Origin: an uncultured virus (IMG/VR IMGVR_UViG_3300028805_000071)
Taxonomy: Duplodnaviria > Heunggongvirae > Uroviricota > Caudoviricetes
Length of the DNA: 64,000 bases
Virus record (IMG/VR): IMGVR_UViG_3300028805_000071
Strand: one strand, 5' to 3'
Of the stretch, positions 60,501 to 64,000 are shown one piece after another. A program made the position numbers and the translations under genes. The notes beneath the pieces are model-generated. The model saw nothing but the letters and a program-made list of their open reading frames with translations, had not been told where the DNA came from and searched no databases. Position 1 is the stretch's first letter. Every line of letters begins with the position of its first letter.

Positions 60501-60617
60501 CGGTCAACTATTCCGAAAATTAATTTTTAGGGAATAGTTGGGCTTTTGGGCTTTTGGCAAGGGTTTTTTCTGTCAAGGAACTATTCCCAAAATTAGTTTT
60601 TAAGGAATAGTTGACCG
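60501..60617. promoter_or_regulatory. Duplicated CodY-box-like palindromic element
   Basis: Two copies of AACTATTCCNAAAATTANTTTT(T)ANGGAATAGTT; 3-4 mismatches to AATTTTCWGAAAATT. Confidence 0.45.
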
Positions 60618-60626
60618 ACCCCAATT

Positions 60627-60646
60627 CACTTTAGCGAATTAAAGCG
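60627..60646. promoter_or_regulatory. HisR-like palindrome
   Basis: CACTTTAGCGAATTAAAGCG. Confidence 0.6.
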
Positions 60647-60728
60647 TGAAAGAAAAAATTTTTAAAAAAGGGCTTGACAAACAAGCCTTTTTCTGTTATA
60701 CTATAATCAGAAAGAGAGGTAAAGACAA

Positions 60729-60899
60729 ATGACTACATTCGCACTTAACATTTTAATCATAACAGTAATACTTTTAATGGGTTTCGCCATTGGAATGATA
60801 ATTATTGAACTAATCAAAACCGCAAAGTTTCGCAAAGAGGTAAAAGCCACAAACGAGGCTTTAAAAGATTACGCAGAACATTGTTTGAAAAAATTTTAA
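60729..60899 (+). CDS. Small membrane protein (56 aa)
   Basis: Promoter plus GAGAGG RBS; MTTFALNILIITVILLMGF... Confidence 0.7.
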   Translation: MTTFALNILIITVILLMGFAIGMIIIELIKTAKFRKEVKATNEALKDYAEHCLKKF

Positions 60900-60970
60900 A
60901 AAAAGGGGTTGACAAACCCTTTTTTTCATGCTATAATAAACTCAAGAAAAGACAAAGAGAGGTAAACAAA

Positions 60971-61111
60971 ATGAAGTATTACACAGTACAGTGGTTCGAC
61001 AAAGAACTTGGAGAAATCTACAACACAATCACAAGCGAAAAGGGAGTTGCTTACATGCAGAAGCACCCCGAAGTGTATGACATTCTTCTGTTAGATATTT
61101 ACACCGAATAA
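60971..61111 (+). CDS. Early hypothetical protein (46 aa)
   Basis: Promoter plus GAGAGG RBS. Confidence 0.7.
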   Translation: MKYYTVQWFDKELGEIYNTITSEKGVAYMQKHPEVYDILLLDIYTE

Positions 61112-61176
61112 AAAAAAGGGGTTGACATTCAACCCCTTTTCTGTTATAATAAAGACAGAAAGAGAGGTAAAGACAA

Positions 61177-61374
61177 ATGACAATCCACAATATTGATAAC
61201 ACATTCTATGACTCAGAAATGAGCGTAAAAGAACTTATTGAATACTTAAAAGAAAACTATGACGAAAATAATAGGGTCACTTGGTTTATGCAAAAGACTC
61301 TTCCAAACAGAGATTTTCATAGAATTTACATTGATTCAGATGATTATTACATTGAAAAAGAAGAAGAGAGGTAA
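61177..61374 (+). CDS. Early hypothetical protein (65 aa)
   Basis: Promoter plus GAGAGG RBS; MSVKELIEYL similar to the gene at 61597. Confidence 0.7.
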   Translation: MTIHNIDNTFYDSEMSVKELIEYLKENYDENNRVTWFMQKTLPNRDFHRIYIDSDDYYIEKEEER

Positions 61375-61379
61375 ATAAA

Positions 61380-61538
61380 ATGACAATTTACGGACTTAAT
61401 AAGAAAGCAACAAAAGGCTTATACATCGTATACACAATAACTGAAGGAAGAAAGTATTTCTTGAGTGCTTGGAGAACAGAAGAAGACGCAAACAAAAGAG
61501 CAAAAAAATATTTTGGAAAAGTTTGGAAAAACTGTTGA
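61380..61538 (+). CDS. Early basic hypothetical protein (52 aa) ending at TGA
   Basis: GAGAGG RBS; MTIYGLNKKAT...KVWKNC; stop lies inside the next TTGACA. Confidence 0.65.
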   Translation: MTIYGLNKKATKGLYIVYTITEGRKYFLSAWRTEEDANKRAKKYFGKVWKNC

Positions 61539-61596
61539 CAAACCCCCAAAAGAGTGATATAATAAAGGTACAAAGAGAGAAAGAGAGGAAATAAAA

Positions 61597-61782
61597 ATGA
61601 CAGTAAAGGAATTAATCACAAGACTTGAAGCAGTAGAAAATAAAGATTTGGATGTAGTCATCAATAGCGATGATTACGGCAATGTAGTTGTTACCTATGT
61701 CTCGGAAATAGAAGTATACTACGGAAGAGATGAGGACACGGGTTGGTACTGTGATACAAGAGAATGTGTTTTACTCGAATAA
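61597..61782 (+). CDS. Early hypothetical protein (61 aa)
   Basis: MTVKELITRLE; promoter plus RBS. Confidence 0.7.
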   Translation: MTVKELITRLEAVENKDLDVVINSDDYGNVVVTYVSEIEVYYGRDEDTGWYCDTRECVLLE

Positions 61783-61859
61783 AAAATTTTAAAAAGGGCT
61801 TGACAGAGCCCTTTTTCTATGATATAATAAAGATAAGAAAAGAGAAAGGAAAGAAAAAA

Positions 61860-62027
61860 ATGTTTATACTTGGAATTTTAGTAGGATGGTTTATAGTTTA
61901 TTTAGGAGCAACAATTTGTTGCAACGCTTTTGATAAGGAAGAGTGGATGTCCTATTGGGTTGTTGGCCCGTTTCTCCCTCTTCATTTAGGAATCGGCTAT
62001 ATATATAATAAGTTAAGAAAAAAATAA
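61860..62027 (+). CDS. Small membrane protein (55 aa)
   Basis: Promoter plus RBS; hydrophobic. Confidence 0.65.
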   Translation: MFILGILVGWFIVYLGATICCNAFDKEEWMSYWVVGPFLPLHLGIGYIYNKLRKK

Positions 62028-62097
62028 AAAAAGGGTTGACAAACCAACAGAAAGATGTTATAATAAACTCAAGAAAAGAGAAAGAGAGGAAAAAACA

Positions 62098-62235
62098 ATG
62101 GACGAAAAAGCAAAAAGACTTGCAGACATTATGTTTGAAGAAGATGAATACAGAGACGCTAATGATATGGAACTGATGTATCACACAAAAGAAGATTTTG
62201 AAGCAGAGAAAAGAGAAAGAGAGGTAAAGAAATGA
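62098..62235 (+). CDS. Acidic hypothetical protein (45 aa) ending at TGA
   Basis: Promoter plus RBS; ATGA overlap with the gene at 62232. Confidence 0.7.
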   Translation: MDEKAKRLADIMFEEDEYRDANDMELMYHTKEDFEAEKREREVKK

Positions 62236-62426
62236 ATCCCAAGAACTTATTTGTAGGCAAGGCGACCGAAGCCATAAACGAAATCGATGAAATGAACAAC
62301 GAGTGCGTTGAAGAGTATGGCGACAAGTATGCGGATTGTTTCCCCGCATTAGCCACCAAGAGGGTAGAAATTGACGGCAAGACCTACAGAATGAAAATCG
62401 AAATCACCCTCACCGAAATAAAGTAA
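62232..62426 (+). CDS. Early hypothetical protein (64 aa)
   Basis: GAGAGG RBS. Confidence 0.7.
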   Translation: MNPKNLFVGKATEAINEIDEMNNECVEEYGDKYADCFPALATKRVEIDGKTYRMKIEITLTEIK

Positions 62427-62483
62427 AAATTACATTTTGACTGTATTTGTTTTCATTTGCCCCCTCAAGCGAGGGGGCTCCTT

Positions 62484-62541
62484 TCTATTTTTATACATTT
62501 GGATGTATAAATATTTATGCATGCGTGTGCATATTCATTCG
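62484..62541. promoter_or_regulatory. Two interleaved tandem ARG-box-like pairs
   Basis: TCTATTTTTATACA-N6-TGTATAAATATTTA and TAAATATTTATGCA-N6-TGCATATTCATTCG. Confidence 0.55.
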
Positions 62542-62704
62542 TGCTTTCACACGGTGAAGTGTGAAAGCAAATTTTTATTTTTTGCGATAAAACGCAAAAT
62601 TTTGCCAATCCCATCAGCCGCGCGCCAGTGGCCCAGGCGAGCGGAGTTTGATTTTTTTGGGGCTTTGGCAAAATTTTACCCTAAAGCGACAGAAAGCGAA
62701 AATT

Positions 62705-62758
62705 TGCTTTAATTCACTAAAGTGCTGAAGTGTTAGCACTCGCACCCAAGAGTGCTAA
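62705..62758. promoter_or_regulatory. HisR-like box followed by a CIRCE-like element
   Basis: TGCTTTAATTCACTAAAGTG (62705), then TTAGCACTC-N8-GAGTGCTAA (62733-62758; perfect arms, spacer one short of the canonical N9). Confidence 0.7.
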
Positions 62759-62866
62759 TAACAAAAAATTTTTTTCGTAAATTTTTAAAAAGTGCTTGCA
62801 TTTGGGTCTGTGATGTGGTAATATACTTATAGAGGGGAACGCAAATAATAGAGAGGAGAAAAGACA

Positions 62867-62989
62867 ATGACATACGAAGAAATCAAGGCTTACATCAACA
62901 ACAAAATCGCCAATGGCGAACCGCTTCACGGATATGCGAGGGAACTCGCTATCGAGTTGGCTCTCAATGAAAAAGAGAGAGCCAACTAA
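62867..62989 (+). CDS. Early hypothetical protein (40 aa)
   Basis: Promoter plus GAGGAG RBS. Confidence 0.65.
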   Translation: MTYEEIKAYINNKIANGEPLHGYARELAIELALNEKERAN

Positions 62990-63089
62990 AAAAGAGAAAA
63001 AAAATTCTCTTTTTTTTAAAAAAGTACTTGCAATCTGCTTTGTAATGTGGTAATATAATATCGGGGGGAACAAGAGAGGAGAAAATAAA

Positions 63090-63494
63090 ATGACTTACTA
63101 CTTCGATATGGACGGCGTACTCGCTAACTTCCACAAGGCATATAAAGAAAACAAGGCAGTTGCACTCGACAAGGACGCAATGGCAAACCTCGAACCTTTT
63201 GAAGAGAATGTGGCTCTCGTAAATAACCTCATCTCTACTGGAATCAAGGTTTACATCCTCACCAAAGCCGCCAACGAAGATGGCAAGGCTGGAAAAATCG
63301 AGTGGCTTGCAAAGTACATCCCCGCTCTTGACCTTGAAAACTTCATTTGCATCGTAGGGGCTGGCAAGAAAATCGACTACATCAGAGAGGATGGAATCCT
63401 CGTTGATGACGATATGAAGAACCTCACCCCTTGGGCAAAGGCTGGCTTCGGCACCTACTTCGTAGAGGAGAAGGGTGCGGTCATCACCTTCTAA
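63090..63494 (+). CDS. HAD-superfamily 5'(3')-nucleotidase-like protein (134 aa)
   Basis: YFDMDGVLAN, KIEWL, ILVDD. Confidence 0.8.
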   Translation: MTYYFDMDGVLANFHKAYKENKAVALDKDAMANLEPFEENVALVNNLISTGIKVYILTKAANEDGKAGKIEWLAKYIPALDLENFICIVGAGKKIDYIREDGILVDDDMKNLTPWAKAGFGTYFVEEKGAVITF

Positions 63495-63520
63495 GGCAAA
63501 CCAACGGACGGGCAACCGTC

Positions 63521-63569
63521 CGTATTTTTATTCATGCTGATGTATAAAAATACAGCGAACATACGTTCG
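63521..63569. promoter_or_regulatory. Tandem ARG boxes abutting a LexA box
   Basis: CGTATTTTTATTCA-N6-TGTATAAAAATACA, then CGAACATACGTTCG (63556-63569). Confidence 0.75.
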
Positions 63570-63721
63570 GAAAATTTTACATTTGTGCGATAAAATGCAA
63601 AATTTTGCCAAAGTCCAGCTCGCCGCCAGCGGCAGCCGGCGGCGAGATTTTTATTTTTTGCGGGATTGCGGAAAAAATTTGCGTTTTTGCGGAAAAAATG
63701 CGAAAAAACGCGATTTCCCAA

Positions 63722-63776
63722 AACTTTCACACACTAAAGCGTTAAAGTGTTAGCACTCACCCCAATCGGGTGCTAA
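63722..63776. promoter_or_regulatory. HisR-like box followed by CIRCE
   Basis: AACTTTCACACACTAAAGCG (63722), then TTAGCACTC-N9-GGGTGCTAA (63750-63776, one mismatch). Confidence 0.7.
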
Positions 63777-63847
63777 CAGAAAAAAATTTTTTAAAAAATT
63801 TTAAAAAAAGTATTGACATTTCCAAGAGAGTATGGTAATATATAATT

Positions 63848-63960
63848 GTTCCAAGGGAGAGAGCGGAAACGAGTACTCCCTCAGGTTTTACAAGGTTAGT
63901 CACCGCGGGTTTTGACTGCAACACAAACCGAAACGATAGAGTGGCCACTCGAAAAATTTT
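63848..63960 (+). ncRNA. Candidate short non-coding transcript
   Basis: Promoter at 63813 is followed by no start codon; stems GGGAG/CTCCC and GAGTGGCCACTC before the next promoter. Confidence 0.35.
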
Positions 63961-64000
63961 TAAAAAACCCTTGACAGATAGCACCAAGTGTGCTACAATA

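Larger units (their letters stand above)
59247..63999 (+). promoter_or_regulatory. Array of 13 plus-strand sigmaA promoters, one per cassette
   Basis: -35 hexamers at 59247, 59724, 60234, 60674, 60909, 61122, 61535, 61800, 62036, 62796, 63028, 63813 and 63971. Each has a 17-nt spacer, TG extension and TATAAT-like -10. Gene cassettes share an AGAAAGAGAGG-type leader. Confidence 0.9.

Noticed and set aside
60234..60530. Track ORFs starting at TTG or GTG inside promoters (60234, 60881, 61764, 59741)
   Set aside because: The starts fall within or upstream of promoter elements; real starts follow the AGAGAGG/AAGGAG RBS downstream.
58990..64000. CRISPR array
   Set aside because: The repeats are degenerate, irregularly spaced, and correspond to promoters and operators; no cas genes.
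1..64000. tRNA genes including a UCA suppressor, integrase, transposase, DGR reverse transcriptase
   Set aside because: None recognisable by eye in this window; tRNAscan-SE and HMM searches would be needed to exclude them.

Overview
The window is part of a large, AT-rich tailed-phage genome, siphovirus-like with an SPbeta-like head gene order, probably infecting a Firmicute. It has four blocks. (1) 1-51.8 kb, minus strand: a morphogenesis cluster with a regulator, terminase, portal, scaffold/protease, capsid, neck, tail tube, tape measure, tail tip and fibre proteins. Its apparent fragmentation in the ORF track comes from about 47 in-frame TGA codons that behave as Trp; every true stop I could read here is TAA or TAG. 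(2) 51.9-57.4 kb, plus strand: an operon of small paralogous genes. (3) 57.4-59.0 kb: a non-coding region with a candidate anti-RBS sRNA and a strongly strand-biased CA-rich tract. (4) 59-64 kb: one- or two-gene cassettes, each with its own sigmaA promoter. In the plus-strand blocks TGA appears to act as stop (ATGA and TGATG overlaps), so the genome looks dual-coded. The most novel signal is in the block 4 spacers. They are packed with near-consensus operators for several unrelated host repressors (LexA, HrcA/CIRCE, Rex, ArgR, HisR, CodY-like, DtxR-like), suggesting a DNA decoy (repressor-sponge) array. Also present: a -1 frameshift extension of the major capsid protein, a C-terminal Hint domain on a tail protein, a CotH-kinase-like giant protein with a frameshift, and a conserved non-sigmaA late promoter motif. 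All functional calls are by-eye motif recognition; no database searches were run.
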